Of a stretch of 64,000 nt of DNA, positions 45,063 to 55,272 are shown piece by piece. Position numbers and translations under genes: made by a program. The notes under the pieces are model-generated. The model saw only the letters and a list, made by a program, of their open reading frames with translations. It searched no databases and was not told the origin of the DNA. The DNA is from a virus. Taxonomy: Duplodnaviria > Caudoviricetes. Position 1 is the first letter of the stretch; every line of letters starts with the position of its first letter. The stretch covers positions 22,925-86,924 of the IMG/VR virus record IMGVR_UViG_3300033519_000155, one strand, 5' to 3'.

Positions 45063-45800
45063 TTATCCTATCGCAAATTGAATAGCGGTTTCTCCAGAAG
45101 CAAGGTTTTTATAAAAATCAGTTTTTAATCTTTTACCTTCTTCCATTAAAGATTTACCATTATCCATTTTTATCTCCCCTGTGGGAGAAGGAACTTGGGT
45201 AAATTTAGTATTTCTATTTACCCCTACGTAGTAATAACAAGAACCTAAAACGTAATTCACAAGGAGAACTTTATCCCTATCAGGTGTATCAGTTACAGTT
45301 TGAGCAATACTACCAACATAAACAAAATTACTATTTATAGAAGGAACTGGTGTTATTCTTATTCCTGCTTGCAGGATTTCATAACTATAAGAAAAAAACT
45401 TTGAGAATTCTTTTCTTTTCATTTCTTCTATAGTAACTATTGAAGGATTTTGATAAATGCTAATATCTCGAAAATCAGGTAAGGAGTTATTAGCAGGAAC
45501 TATTGTTCCCCCCATCAAGTTAAAATTACCAGTATCAACAGGTAAAAATGCTTGACTTGTTAATGCTTCAGGTAGTATCACTTCAGTCACCTTAATAACA
45601 GAAGGGTCTAGAGGATATACGTCTTGCCCGGCAACTATAGGAACAACAAAACGTTGTGATTTTGGTCGAAGCTTGCTGTATTCCTCTAGAGCTTCTTTTA
45701 AAAACAAGGAGACTAAAGGTTGAGTAACCTCTTCATTTGAATAGAGATTGCCTAATCTTAAATAAAGTTCAGCTAAAAGTTCTCCTTGTGATACGTTCAT
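45063..45800 (-). CDS. Head-tail adaptor/neck protein
   Basis: ALEEYSK...YPLDPSVIKV...IRITPVP...MDNGKSLMEEG. Confidence 0.7.
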   Translation of the reverse strand: MNVSQGELLAELYLRLGNLYSNEEVTQPLVSLFLKEALEEYSKLRPKSQRFVVPIVAGQDVYPLDPSVIKVTEVILPEALTSQAFLPVDTGNFNLMGGTIVPANNSLPDFRDISIYQNPSIVTIEEMKRKEFSKFFSYSYEILQAGIRITPVPSINSNFVYVGSIAQTVTDTPDRDKVLLVNYVLGSCYYYVGVNRNTKFTQVPSPTGEIKMDNGKSLMEEGKRLKTDFYKNLASGETAIQFAIG

Positions 45801-45804
45801 AAGT

Positions 45805-46020
45805 TTATACCTTCTTATTTACTTTCTTTGGTATAGTCTGTATAATACCATCTACAACTTCCACATCATTCAATGTAGCATCTTCAAAAGTATCATACAT
45901 TTTTTCCATTTGGGAAGGTTCTCCTTCAACAGTTCCACCGGGAACTACTTTACGAGAATTCCCATCTATATAAATTATCTGGACTATTCTGCTTTTGTTA
46001 CGATAAAGTTTCTTTGCCAT
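45805..46020 (-). CDS. Small hypothetical protein after MCP
   Basis: Start MAKKLY preferred (GGAAG SD). Confidence 0.65.
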   Translation of the reverse strand: MAKKLYRNKSRIVQIIYIDGNSRKVVPGGTVEGEPSQMEKMYDTFEDATLNDVEVVDGIIQTIPKKVNKKV

Positions 46021-46048
46021 TCTATTTCTACTTCCTTTCAATTCTTAA

Positions 46049-47371
46049 TTAAGCTATTAAAGATACGGTTGCATAGAAGTCGGAACTTACAAGCTTTTTG
46101 CCATATCTTGTCATAACTGCTTTTCTTGGTTTGAAATTTGTGTCCATAAAGGTCTGAGTCATTGTTAAAGGAATATATGGAGCATATACATAACCAGTCT
46201 CCATAAAGTTGCTACCCTTATAACCCATAAGAATTTTTCCTGTGGTGAAGAGTGGGTCAACAAATATGTCGTATTTGTTCTGTATTGTTCCGAATATGTT
46301 TATACCTTTTACAACTGAACCATTACCTGTTATGTCACCTAAGAATTTGAAAGAGTTAAGTTTTTCCATTCTGGAAGCTGTATCAGGGTCAGTTACTATC
46401 CAGTTAGGATAAACCTGTCTCTTTTTGTATATTTCTGTTGCAGCATCGCACATTGCACCAAATAAAGTATTATCATACTCATTTTTGCTGTAACCAGAAG
46501 CAGTTCCGGGATAGGTTGTGTGCCAGTTTACATTTGCTCCTGCACTACCAAGAAGGTCAAGAACTACGGAACGGTCGATTTCTCTTCCGATTTCGTCTCC
46601 GAGAATTCCAACAAGTTCAGACTCAACATCAATGCTATGATATGCCATCATATCTTGTTGTGCTTCGAGTGTCCACTGTGCTTTAAGTCTTCTTTCAGTA
46701 ACCTCTACACTATCCTGAGTTACACCGAGTTCAACTTCTGGATATGTGTCAACACCTTCAAAACTGAAATCATAATCTACTGTTACTGTTGCACCTGTAG
46801 CAGGGGCAGCAGAAGCAGTTATAGCACCAGTAGCAGATACGAAAGATGCTATAGATACGGCAACGGCATTAACATAAAGAATTGGGTTCTTTATTGGTGC
46901 TTGGAGAGTTGTAAATACTGTATTTGAGCTATTAACTAAACCAGTTGGAACTTCTCCTCTTCCACCGATGGAATAATAAGGATTGAATTTTCCTCTGTTG
47001 GATATAGCAGTATTACCATAGTTCTGAATATCCATTCTATCACCGGAAGCTGTGGGAGCAAGAGTTTTTGAGTATTTATAATCTACGTAAAAAATCATTC
47101 CAGTGGGCATTGGCATAGCTTGAACGCTAACCAGTCTATTAGCAATGAGTTTCGGGAATATTCTACGAATTAATGGAAATGCGTATGTGGTGAAAGGATT
47201 AACAACAGAAGTTGTAGTTTCTTCTTCTATATACCTTTTTGTGTTATCAAGTAACTGTTCTAAGGTCATTCTATTGTAATCATTAGAAATGCCCTCAGTA
47301 AGATGTGCCCATCTTTCATTTCTTTCTTTACATTCTTGTATCATTTGTATTTGTGACAAAACTTTAAGCAT
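46049..47371 (-). CDS. Major capsid protein, T4 gp23-like
   Basis: LIRRIFPKLIANRLVSVQAMPMPTGMIFY; RRLKAQWTLEAQQD; GYVYAPYIPL; TRYG. Confidence 0.95.
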   Translation of the reverse strand: MLKVLSQIQMIQECKERNERWAHLTEGISNDYNRMTLEQLLDNTKRYIEEETTTSVVNPFTTYAFPLIRRIFPKLIANRLVSVQAMPMPTGMIFYVDYKYSKTLAPTASGDRMDIQNYGNTAISNRGKFNPYYSIGGRGEVPTGLVNSSNTVFTTLQAPIKNPILYVNAVAVSIASFVSATGAITASAAPATGATVTVDYDFSFEGVDTYPEVELGVTQDSVEVTERRLKAQWTLEAQQDMMAYHSIDVESELVGILGDEIGREIDRSVVLDLLGSAGANVNWHTTYPGTASGYSKNEYDNTLFGAMCDAATEIYKKRQVYPNWIVTDPDTASRMEKLNSFKFLGDITGNGSVVKGINIFGTIQNKYDIFVDPLFTTGKILMGYKGSNFMETGYVYAPYIPLTMTQTFMDTNFKPRKAVMTRYGKKLVSSDFYATVSLIA

Positions 47372-47389
47372 TAATTTGTGCCTCCTTCA

Positions 47390-48673
47390 TTAACTTAATC
47401 CTGCAAGTTTTCTCATTCTTGCAGCATCAAAATTTATAACTGGTGTTTCTTCTTTAGGTGCATCAATGTTAACTACACCATTTCCAGTATTAACTTTAGA
47501 CTCTGTTACTTCTGTTTTTGTTGCCTGTGCAAATACTTCGTCAATAAAAGATTTTTCTCTGTCGAGATTTACTTTTATTTCTTCAGATTTTGCATAAGCT
47601 CTCAGTCTTTTTTCAAGTAAGTCTTTATGTTTGTAACCCTGTAAGGACTCCATAATTAAGACTTCTTTAGCTTCTTTGTCGAGTTTTTCCTGAAGAATTC
47701 CTGTTACTCTTGCAAGTTCTGTTTCAAGGTTTCTCAGTTTGGACTCTTCAACAAGTTCTTTGGTTTCTTCTTTAGGAACAATCATGTCTTTTACAGAATT
47801 TATTACAGAAAGACCAAGTTTTATTTCCTTGTCTTCCATAATTTCCTGTCTAAATTTCTCTTTGTTCTCCTGCAAAAGTTTAGAAACCCTTACATTAATA
47901 GACTCTTCAACGTTTTCTTTACTTGTGTTAGTAAATTCTTCGTGAAGTTGTGTTATGAGTTCTGGAAAGTTTTCTTTAAGCATAGCAAGTGAAAATTCTT
48001 CTGCTAAGAATGATTTACCCTTCATTTTCATCTTTTTATCCATAGCGTTTGAACCATCACATTCCGCAGTTTTGTTCTTGCTGCTTTCTTCTACTTTCTC
48101 TGTCTTTGTTTGTTCATTCATAGGTGAACCTCCTTCATCATTATTTTTACTTTCATAATATTCTATCCCGGCAAATTCGTTTGACTCATCAACTACGAAA
48201 TCTATGCCAGTTAAATCAAAATCTTTAACCCAATTTCCATATTTTCCTGTTTTTGGGTCAACTTTACGGTCTAAAAGGGCAAAACCTCTTGTTGAATTTC
48301 CTACTCCGACTTTAGAACGAATTAATTTAGATAGTAAATCTCCAGCAGGTGTAGGTAATACATCACCTTCATATCGGACTAAATCATTATCCATATAAAT
48401 TTTAGTATAAAGAAAAGCGGAATTAGCTAATCTAGCTTTTCCTTTTTCTGGGTGGTCAACTTCACCAAGAATTTTACCTGTCATTACTTTAGGTTGTGCA
48501 CGTTCAACGAATTTATTACATTCTTCTAAAGTATAATACCTATCATTATCATTAAGAACATCAGCTTTTGTTGCTATACCTTTTATGATTTTAATAGGTA
48601 ATCCTTCACGTTGAACTTCTTCCATTATAAGTTCTCGACTAAAGTATTTAGTTTCTATTGGTATTTTTCCCAT
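47390..48673 (-). CDS. Prohead protease (T4 gp21-like) fused to scaffold
   Basis: NDNDRYY, GEVDHP, GNSTRG, DFVVDES; coiled-coil C-half. Confidence 0.9.
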   Translation of the reverse strand: MGKIPIETKYFSRELIMEEVQREGLPIKIIKGIATKADVLNDNDRYYTLEECNKFVERAQPKVMTGKILGEVDHPEKGKARLANSAFLYTKIYMDNDLVRYEGDVLPTPAGDLLSKLIRSKVGVGNSTRGFALLDRKVDPKTGKYGNWVKDFDLTGIDFVVDESNEFAGIEYYESKNNDEGGSPMNEQTKTEKVEESSKNKTAECDGSNAMDKKMKMKGKSFLAEEFSLAMLKENFPELITQLHEEFTNTSKENVEESINVRVSKLLQENKEKFRQEIMEDKEIKLGLSVINSVKDMIVPKEETKELVEESKLRNLETELARVTGILQEKLDKEAKEVLIMESLQGYKHKDLLEKRLRAYAKSEEIKVNLDREKSFIDEVFAQATKTEVTESKVNTGNGVVNIDAPKEETPVINFDAARMRKLAGLS

Positions 48674-49654
48674 TTAAACTATCTCCTTTCTCAATTGTTG
48701 TGCTCTTTTGCTCATAGCGAAAAGGTCAAAACAAGAGAAATCGACAATGTTTTGTGTAAAAAATTGTCTATCCATATTTATTTTATGCTCTAAAAGTAAA
48801 ACTCTTTGGGTTTCTCCCACAAAAGATTTTTTGTAATTGTATTCATAAAGATTAGAAAGCATTTCATCTGCTCTATTACAATAGTCAAGACTTTCTAAAT
48901 AAGGTTTTTTATTATTAAATTTAGTTCTGTCAATTTGCAAATTCTCAGGTTGAGCATATTCAATCTTTAATGTGCATTTGCAATTACTTAAACATCTACT
49001 TGACCCTGCTCCCGGAGTTGTAGGTAAAGTTTCAGGATTATAAGGACTATTAGCAGCATAACCAACACAGTCAGGGCAATTATCGCAAGCTTCATCTAAA
49101 ATCCAATGTATAGTTGTTCCGTTTGTGGGCATAGCTTCTACTTTTCCAGCATCATAAATTGAGTCAACAAAATCTATATACATTCTTAATCTATCAAAGT
49201 AATCCATCTTACCTTTACCGTTTGTTACATCAGAAAGAAAGTTTTCTAAGTATTTATATTCTTCTTTTCTTATTTTAGTTAACCATTTTTTATCTTCTTT
49301 TGGCATAGATACTAATTTTAAATTAAGTCCTGATGCTTTAGAACCTGTCATAAATGCCTGTTCATAAGCAACTTTAAATTCTTTCCGAGCAGAATTTTTA
49401 AATTGATTAGCACTTATTTCTCCATTTATATATTTTTGGAGTAAAGAAGAAAGACTATTATACATTGTGTTTTTCAGGTCTTTTAATTCAGCTTTTTCTA
49501 TCTGGTCTTGATTAGGGTCTTGATTAGGATTAAAAACTTTACTATAAACAGCACTAAGTTCTTTTTCCATAGAACTTGTAAGTTTATTTCCGTAAGATTT
49601 TTTATTATCTTGGGGAGCATACTCTAATATGTATTCTTTAGTTGCTATACACAT
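48674..49654 (-). CDS. Minor head (Mu gpF-like) protein
   Basis: WILDEACDNCPDC...PGAGSSRCLSNCKC; between portal and protease. Confidence 0.7.
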   Translation of the reverse strand: MCIATKEYILEYAPQDNKKSYGNKLTSSMEKELSAVYSKVFNPNQDPNQDQIEKAELKDLKNTMYNSLSSLLQKYINGEISANQFKNSARKEFKVAYEQAFMTGSKASGLNLKLVSMPKEDKKWLTKIRKEEYKYLENFLSDVTNGKGKMDYFDRLRMYIDFVDSIYDAGKVEAMPTNGTTIHWILDEACDNCPDCVGYAANSPYNPETLPTTPGAGSSRCLSNCKCTLKIEYAQPENLQIDRTKFNNKKPYLESLDYCNRADEMLSNLYEYNYKKSFVGETQRVLLLEHKINMDRQFFTQNIVDFSCFDLFAMSKRAQQLRKEIV

Positions 49655-51267
49655 AGTGTTTCCTCCTGAATTTCTTTTCCTAATTTCCAATCTAAAAGCA
49701 TTTTAGTTTCTTGCAAAAGTTTCTTATTTCTCTGCTTAAACGTGTTTATCATACTTTCTGTAATTGCTGGAGCAGGTTCTACAGGAGGATATTGCTGCTG
49801 TAATTCATACCCTAATGCTGTGTCATTTCTTATATTTTCTTCATTATCAACTTTTATTTTAGCAATTTCTTCATCGGAAAGACTAAAGAATTTTTGTAAT
49901 AACCATTCATCAGGTAATTGTAATGAAGCTTTTAAAGTTTGGACTACCTGTGCTTTGACTTGTTCCATATTCCATTTACGAAGTTCATCAATAGCACTAA
50001 TGATGGGAAGAGATATTTTGTATTCAGTATTTTCATAATCTATATCATTAAGGACAAGAACAGTATTAAATAACTGTTTTACTCCTTCTTGCACAGCATA
50101 TTGAATTCTTCTTACGCTTCTTGCAAACTGAACATCTTGCTCTGTTACAGTTGCTTTAGCATTAACATCTCTTTCTAATGCTAAGTATGCTTTAGGAACT
50201 TTTATTCCTGCGAATTTTTTATTCTGTAAATATTCAAGGTCTAAAAGACTTGATGGACTATAACCCTGAAGAACTTTTACGTCTGCTTTAGACTTCTCTT
50301 TTGTTCCAACGAAAATATCTTCTTCTTGTGCAAGAGGATTATAGTTCATATTCATTTGCCCGGAGATTGGGTCAATTGTTGGTCTTCTTTTTAGTTTTTG
50401 TTTTGTCTTATCAATATGCTGTTCGGCATCATCAGGACTCATTCCATCAGTGTCTATATAAAACACATATCTGAGAACTGCACGAGTTAAACGTGTCAAT
50501 ACAAGAGCATCTTCCATCATTGACAGTTGTTTAAAGGTTTTTCTTATAGGATAAAAAACACTTGACCCATATTTAGAACTTCTATTTCTTCTTAGTCTAA
50601 AATGAATAACCTGCCAGTTATTAAAAGTTGCTTCTATTTTGTCAGTAGTTTCAACTTTTTGTAAGTATGCAGGAGTCATTAATCTACCATATTTATCTTC
50701 TAATCTCCAAATATATTTACCATCAAGATTTTTTAATCTTACTACTTCAGGAGTATCATCAAATACTATTTCTTCAAAATCTTCACCATATTTTGCAATT
50801 GTCCGAGCAATTGACCAGAGTTCTAAGTCTAAATTAAGTTGCTTTTTCATACTATTAAAAAGGTCTTTTATCTTACCATCTTTTGTAATAATAGTAGCAA
50901 CTGTATCAGAGTCAGAGTCCCCCTGAGTAGCATTATCAGCATAAACATCTAAAGCAGATGCTAAAATAGGGTCTTCACAGTCCATTAAGTCGTATTCTTC
51001 ATAGACTTTTTTACGAAAAACCTCAATTTTAAGTTCTTTAGCATACCAATCATAAGTATTTTGTCCTCCTGTGCTCATTAAGGAATGAACAGTTGGGAGT
51101 TTTTGTTCATCTTGTGTGGACTTTCCTTTTTTATTTTGTGCAAATGCTAAACGAACTTCTTCCTCAGATGTGTTAACTTGTGGTTGAAAAACGTTCTTAT
51201 TACTGAATAAGGAGGTTATTTTTTCTATAATGTTTTCTTGTAGATATTTTCGCATTTGAGTAATCAT
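49645..51267 (-). CDS. Portal protein, T4 gp20-like
   Basis: LASALDVYADNAT; YGSSVFYPIRK..KQL.MMEDA; RYVFYID; EDIFV. Confidence 0.93.
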   Translation of the reverse strand: MITQMRKYLQENIIEKITSLFSNKNVFQPQVNTSEEEVRLAFAQNKKGKSTQDEQKLPTVHSLMSTGGQNTYDWYAKELKIEVFRKKVYEEYDLMDCEDPILASALDVYADNATQGDSDSDTVATIITKDGKIKDLFNSMKKQLNLDLELWSIARTIAKYGEDFEEIVFDDTPEVVRLKNLDGKYIWRLEDKYGRLMTPAYLQKVETTDKIEATFNNWQVIHFRLRRNRSSKYGSSVFYPIRKTFKQLSMMEDALVLTRLTRAVLRYVFYIDTDGMSPDDAEQHIDKTKQKLKRRPTIDPISGQMNMNYNPLAQEEDIFVGTKEKSKADVKVLQGYSPSSLLDLEYLQNKKFAGIKVPKAYLALERDVNAKATVTEQDVQFARSVRRIQYAVQEGVKQLFNTVLVLNDIDYENTEYKISLPIISAIDELRKWNMEQVKAQVVQTLKASLQLPDEWLLQKFFSLSDEEIAKIKVDNEENIRNDTALGYELQQQYPPVEPAPAITESMINTFKQRNKKLLQETKMLLDWKLGKEIQEETLCV

Positions 51268-51273
51268 GTGCTA

Positions 51274-51302
51274 ATACTAACATACATTTTTTAGATTGTA
51301 AA
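51274..51302 (-). promoter_or_regulatory. Portal-operon promoter, probably giving a leaderless mRNA
   Basis: TTTACA-17-TAGTAT with TGn; ATG 7 nt after the -10; no SD. Confidence 0.7.
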
Positions 51303-51346
51303 TACTACACTAATAAAAAACGAAAAAAAGTGAAAAAAAGTTTATT

Positions 51347-54300
51347 TTAGAGGTAAAATCTATCAGGATTATGATAATAATTAGGAGAATTTGAGAAGGG
51401 ATACATTTCTAACATCTTATCAAGATTGAATAACTCATTTTCTTTAGGATATTTATTTTGTAAAGGTTGAATTTTTTCAACTAATCCATAACTCGGAGGA
51501 GTATGAATACATGGTTTTTGAGAAGAACAATGGAAACAAACACCTGCTACCGCATCAGCTAAATCCTTACTTCCAGTAGGGGGATGGTCAACTTTATTTC
51601 TGCGTTCATCAAATTCTAAACATTTTAGTTCTTTAAAAAGAATTTCACTATAATAAAATTCAATTCTATCTTCTTGTGCTGCATTTTTAAAACAATCATA
51701 GGCATCAGTATTTCTATCTACAGAAAGAAGTCCAGTGTTTATTCCTTTTCTTTGCAAAATTTGTCGGGAGTCAGCAGATTGAAATTGGTCAAAAGACACA
51801 TATTGAAAATAAAAACCTTTTAATTGTAACTCATAAATAATACTTCTTATATCTGCAATTTCTATTTCACTTCTTCTTTTTGCTTTTACCTGAAGCATTA
51901 AATCTATAGTAATATAAGGGGCATCTTCAATACTATAAATACCATCGGAGTTTTTCTTTTTTACTTTCACATATTCTTTTACATGTCCTACGGCAAATCC
52001 ACAGCAATCTTTCTTTAATGATAAATCTATATGGCAGAAATGTGGATTTTTGTTCTGACATTTGAACCCTTCAGTAAAGAATAAGGGGTCTCCAGACATA
52101 AAAGTCGTTACAGAGATTGGGTGTTTTAAGTGTTCTCCACGTTTAGCAGCTTCTAACATCTTAGCAAAATTAGTAATGTAAGGTCTAATAGACTGAGTAG
52201 AATACCCTGCTATATCCCTAATAGAACCATGTAGGTCATTTTCAAAATCTAATTTATGCTCAATTGGAACGGAAACAACTTTAACTCCTTTGGAAACAAG
52301 GTGTTGTATTCTATCAGAAAAATTTTCTTCTTCCTTATATAGTATTTCAGGGGGAATATCTGAATTATTTCCTAATGATAAATAGAATTTTTCTCCTAAA
52401 TAGAAGCTTTTAGGTTTTGTTGACCACTGAGAATAGCGTCTATAAAATATTCGGGGGTCAGTTCTTGCTCGTCTTTCTAATTCATGTGTAAAATCATCAT
52501 TATATTTAGCGGAAGAAAGAGTAAGTAAGATACCGGGAAGTTTTCCCCTTTCCATAAAACGAGACTCCATACGTCTGATAAAAGCGTCATGCAATTCTTT
52601 AGCTTGGTTATAAGAACCTCCACGAGCTTTAGCGGAACTAATAAGAACTTCCATAAAATTAGCTTCATCAATAATTCCTCCAAAAACATTAAGGGAAATA
52701 GGGTCAGTGGTTGGAAAAATTTCAATATTTTTTGGGAAACGTATTTCAATTTTTGTTCTTTTTTGCATTGGAAATTTTGTTCTAAAATAAGGACTTTTAC
52801 TAAATAAGTTTGCCATTCCATCAAATACCGTTTTTATAGCTTTGTCCATTGTAACAGATACATTAGCAAAAACAATTTTACTCCCATCAGCAAGACCGTA
52901 TGCTTTTTGTGGATTTTTTAAACAAGAACATTCATAAACCATTCTTGCCATAGCAATTTCACTGAATGTTGAATTATGAGTTATAATATTATTAGCAATA
53001 AAATTACTTGTTTCTGGAACATTTAAATCGTAAGTTTCTTCTTGCCCTAAGTATTCTGTGGATTTTACTCTATCCCAAAAAATATCAGAATTTACTAAGT
53101 TTTTATATTTTTGAGGACAATTAGGAAATAAGTTTACTACATATTTTAATTTTTTTCTGGAAATATATTGACCATTAGGGCATCTAAAGGTATTCCAAAG
53201 TTTTTTACTTATTCCCCCAACTTCTTTTCTTAATTCTACTAATTCTCTATATCCTATAGGAGTAATATCTACATTAGGGTTATTTTTTCCCTTTTGTTTA
53301 AAAGGTTTTTTTATTAATCTACACCATTTTCTGTAATCCCTCCCGGATAATTGTAATCTATAATAAGTATTGTCCGGGTAAGGAGAAACTTTTTTTTCAT
53401 AAAGTCTTGCGTGTATTCCTAAACGTAGAAATAAAGTAACTACCCCATAAGCTAAATCTTTAGATGCTGACATATATTCACAGGTGTTATTTTTATTATA
53501 ACTACCATCACAACGAAATAACCTATCTAAAAAGATAATAAGTGAATTTATTGGTAGAGTAAAAATTTCAGGGGGTATTACTTTTTCTTTAGATAATTTA
53601 CCAGAAAGACCATATTGTTCTAATATAGTTCTAGCACGTATGTTGCAACTAATAGATGTAACAGAGTATTTACCTTCTTTATTATACCGAACATATTCAG
53701 AAAAAGTTGTATGAAATAAAGATTTTGTTATATCTCTAAATTCTTGTAATGTAAATGGGTCGTTATCTGTAAAATTCATGTGCTTTCTACAACAACCATC
53801 TGCTATCATATAAGCAAGGAATTTTACTTCGTTTATATCTATATCCTTAGTGACAGGGATTTTTAATTTTCTTGGCGTAGCAATAAACATTCCTTCTTTT
53901 AAATCCCCTGCATATACGTAACCTTTATCTGTTAATATAGGGTGATTATATGTGCAATCTATAAACTTTCCACTTGTTAATTTTACTCGGCAAATGTCTT
54001 TTACCCCGTTATTTAAAATATGTTTAATTTCCACAGGTTTTATTTTTAGTTCAGGTGTTACTCCAAATGCTTGAAATTGAATTTTCTTACTTATTGACAT
54101 ATCATACAACTCCTTTATTGTTTTAAATGATATATCAATATTACCATACTCAATACCCCTTGTCAAGACAAACATAGATGTAGAACCACAAAAGCACTTT
54201 CCATATCCAATTCCTCCTGTTAAAACTGCTTCATGATAGTTATTTTGAGGATTAAAAAGCTCACATAAATCTTCTTCAATAATTGTATAAACTTGCCCTT

Positions 54301-54523
54301 TTAAATTTAAATAATAAGGGTCGTTTATAAAGGTGTGCATATCTACAGGGTATTCCGAGTAGGTTGTTTGTGCTAAATGTTTGAGAGCAATTAATTGAGA
54401 GTCCTGATTATCAAAACTTGTAAGATATTTTAAGAGTAAATCATCAAGTTCTGTATTCTCAGATTGGAATTCTTGTTTTGTTTTATTAACTGGAATTTCT
54501 AAAACTGAATTATTCTCCTCCAC
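51347..54523 (-). CDS. terL: Terminase large subunit, intein-containing
   Basis: Walker A GGIGYGK|S, Walker B IIDEAN, nuclease CHIDLS, FDQFQS, KDLADA. Confidence 0.96.
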   Translation of the reverse strand: MEENNSVLEIPVNKTKQEFQSENTELDDLLLKYLTSFDNQDSQLIALKHLAQTTYSEYPVDMHTFINDPYYLNLKGQVYTIIEEDLCELFNPQNNYHEAVLTGGIGYGKCFCGSTSMFVLTRGIEYGNIDISFKTIKELYDMSISKKIQFQAFGVTPELKIKPVEIKHILNNGVKDICRVKLTSGKFIDCTYNHPILTDKGYVYAGDLKEGMFIATPRKLKIPVTKDIDINEVKFLAYMIADGCCRKHMNFTDNDPFTLQEFRDITKSLFHTTFSEYVRYNKEGKYSVTSISCNIRARTILEQYGLSGKLSKEKVIPPEIFTLPINSLIIFLDRLFRCDGSYNKNNTCEYMSASKDLAYGVVTLFLRLGIHARLYEKKVSPYPDNTYYRLQLSGRDYRKWCRLIKKPFKQKGKNNPNVDITPIGYRELVELRKEVGGISKKLWNTFRCPNGQYISRKKLKYVVNLFPNCPQKYKNLVNSDIFWDRVKSTEYLGQEETYDLNVPETSNFIANNIITHNSTFSEIAMARMVYECSCLKNPQKAYGLADGSKIVFANVSVTMDKAIKTVFDGMANLFSKSPYFRTKFPMQKRTKIEIRFPKNIEIFPTTDPISLNVFGGIIDEANFMEVLISSAKARGGSYNQAKELHDAFIRRMESRFMERGKLPGILLTLSSAKYNDDFTHELERRARTDPRIFYRRYSQWSTKPKSFYLGEKFYLSLGNNSDIPPEILYKEEENFSDRIQHLVSKGVKVVSVPIEHKLDFENDLHGSIRDIAGYSTQSIRPYITNFAKMLEAAKRGEHLKHPISVTTFMSGDPLFFTEGFKCQNKNPHFCHIDLSLKKDCCGFAVGHVKEYVKVKKKNSDGIYSIEDAPYITIDLMLQVKAKRRSEIEIADIRSIIYELQLKGFYFQYVSFDQFQSADSRQILQRKGINTGLLSVDRNTDAYDCFKNAAQEDRIEFYYSEILFKELKCLEFDERRNKVDHPPTGSKDLADAVAGVCFHCSSQKPCIHTPPSYGLVEKIQPLQNKYPKENELFNLDKMLEMYPFSNSPNYYHNPDRFYL
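52973..54196 (-). mobile_element. 408-aa intein with LAGLIDADG endonuclease in TerL Walker A
   Basis: GK|CFCGST...TYDLNVPETSNFIANNIITHN|STF; LAYMIADG, LFRCDGS. Confidence 0.95.
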
Positions 54524-55196
54524 GAGGTTTCTCCTTCAGGGTAATTACCCCATCGGGAGTTTCTATAATATCTACATCAGGAGTAGATGTTATAATTGTC
54601 CCTGAAGAAGCTAAATTCTCTGATAATTGTTTTGGTTTTGAAGTAGCAGAATTTATAGTTTCATAAGCTTTTATTCCGAGTTTTATTTTTTCTCTATCAG
54701 CAAGAACTCCGAGAGTTTGAAGAGCTAATTCTTCAAATCTTCCGTCATTATCAAATGCAATACCTAAACCTGAACCATCTTCCGCAGTTATTACAGGTTT
54801 AAATAATCCATAGCGTTCTAATAGAGTAATGGCATAACTCATACCTTTCATAGCTTCAACAGTATTAGTAATTTGTGCATCAGCAATTAAGTATTTTACA
54901 GATTTATAAAATAAACTTTTTGCTGCTAAAAGTAAGTCTTTTATTTTTGGTAAATTTGCTTCTATATCTTGATGGGTAAGAGTGATTTTCTGGTCAACTG
55001 CTAAAGATGCAAGTTCTTGTATTTTTTGTGTCCACCTTTCTTCTTTTTGCCAAGCATAAATTGTAGGGGTAGATACACCAACTTTTTTTGCGATTTCTGA
55101 AGCATTATTTCCTGCCATAAATAAATCAAATGCTAAAGATTTTTGCTGAATTTTTTCTTGCTCTTTAAGTGTTACCTGATAATCTTTTAGTGCCAT
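54510..55196 (-). CDS. terS: Terminase small subunit (N-terminal HTH)
   Basis: AFDLFMAGNNASEIAKKVGVSTPTIYAWQKEERW; overlaps terL start. Confidence 0.8.
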   Translation of the reverse strand: MALKDYQVTLKEQEKIQQKSLAFDLFMAGNNASEIAKKVGVSTPTIYAWQKEERWTQKIQELASLAVDQKITLTHQDIEANLPKIKDLLLAAKSLFYKSVKYLIADAQITNTVEAMKGMSYAITLLERYGLFKPVITAEDGSGLGIAFDNDGRFEELALQTLGVLADREKIKLGIKAYETINSATSKPKQLSENLASSGTIITSTPDVDIIETPDGVITLKEKPRGGE

Positions 55197-55225
55197 ATAA
55201 TAAATACCTCAAAGTAAGGATAACA

Positions 55226-55258
55226 AAAAGAGAGTCTTTTGTCAAGACTCTCTCTTTT
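55226..55258. terminator. Terminator hairpin containing the -35 of a putative terS promoter
   Basis: GAGAGTCTT/AAGACTCTC stem; minus strand TTGACA(55240-55245)-17-TATCCT. Confidence 0.65.
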
Positions 55259-55272
55259 ATTTTAGGGTTTAA

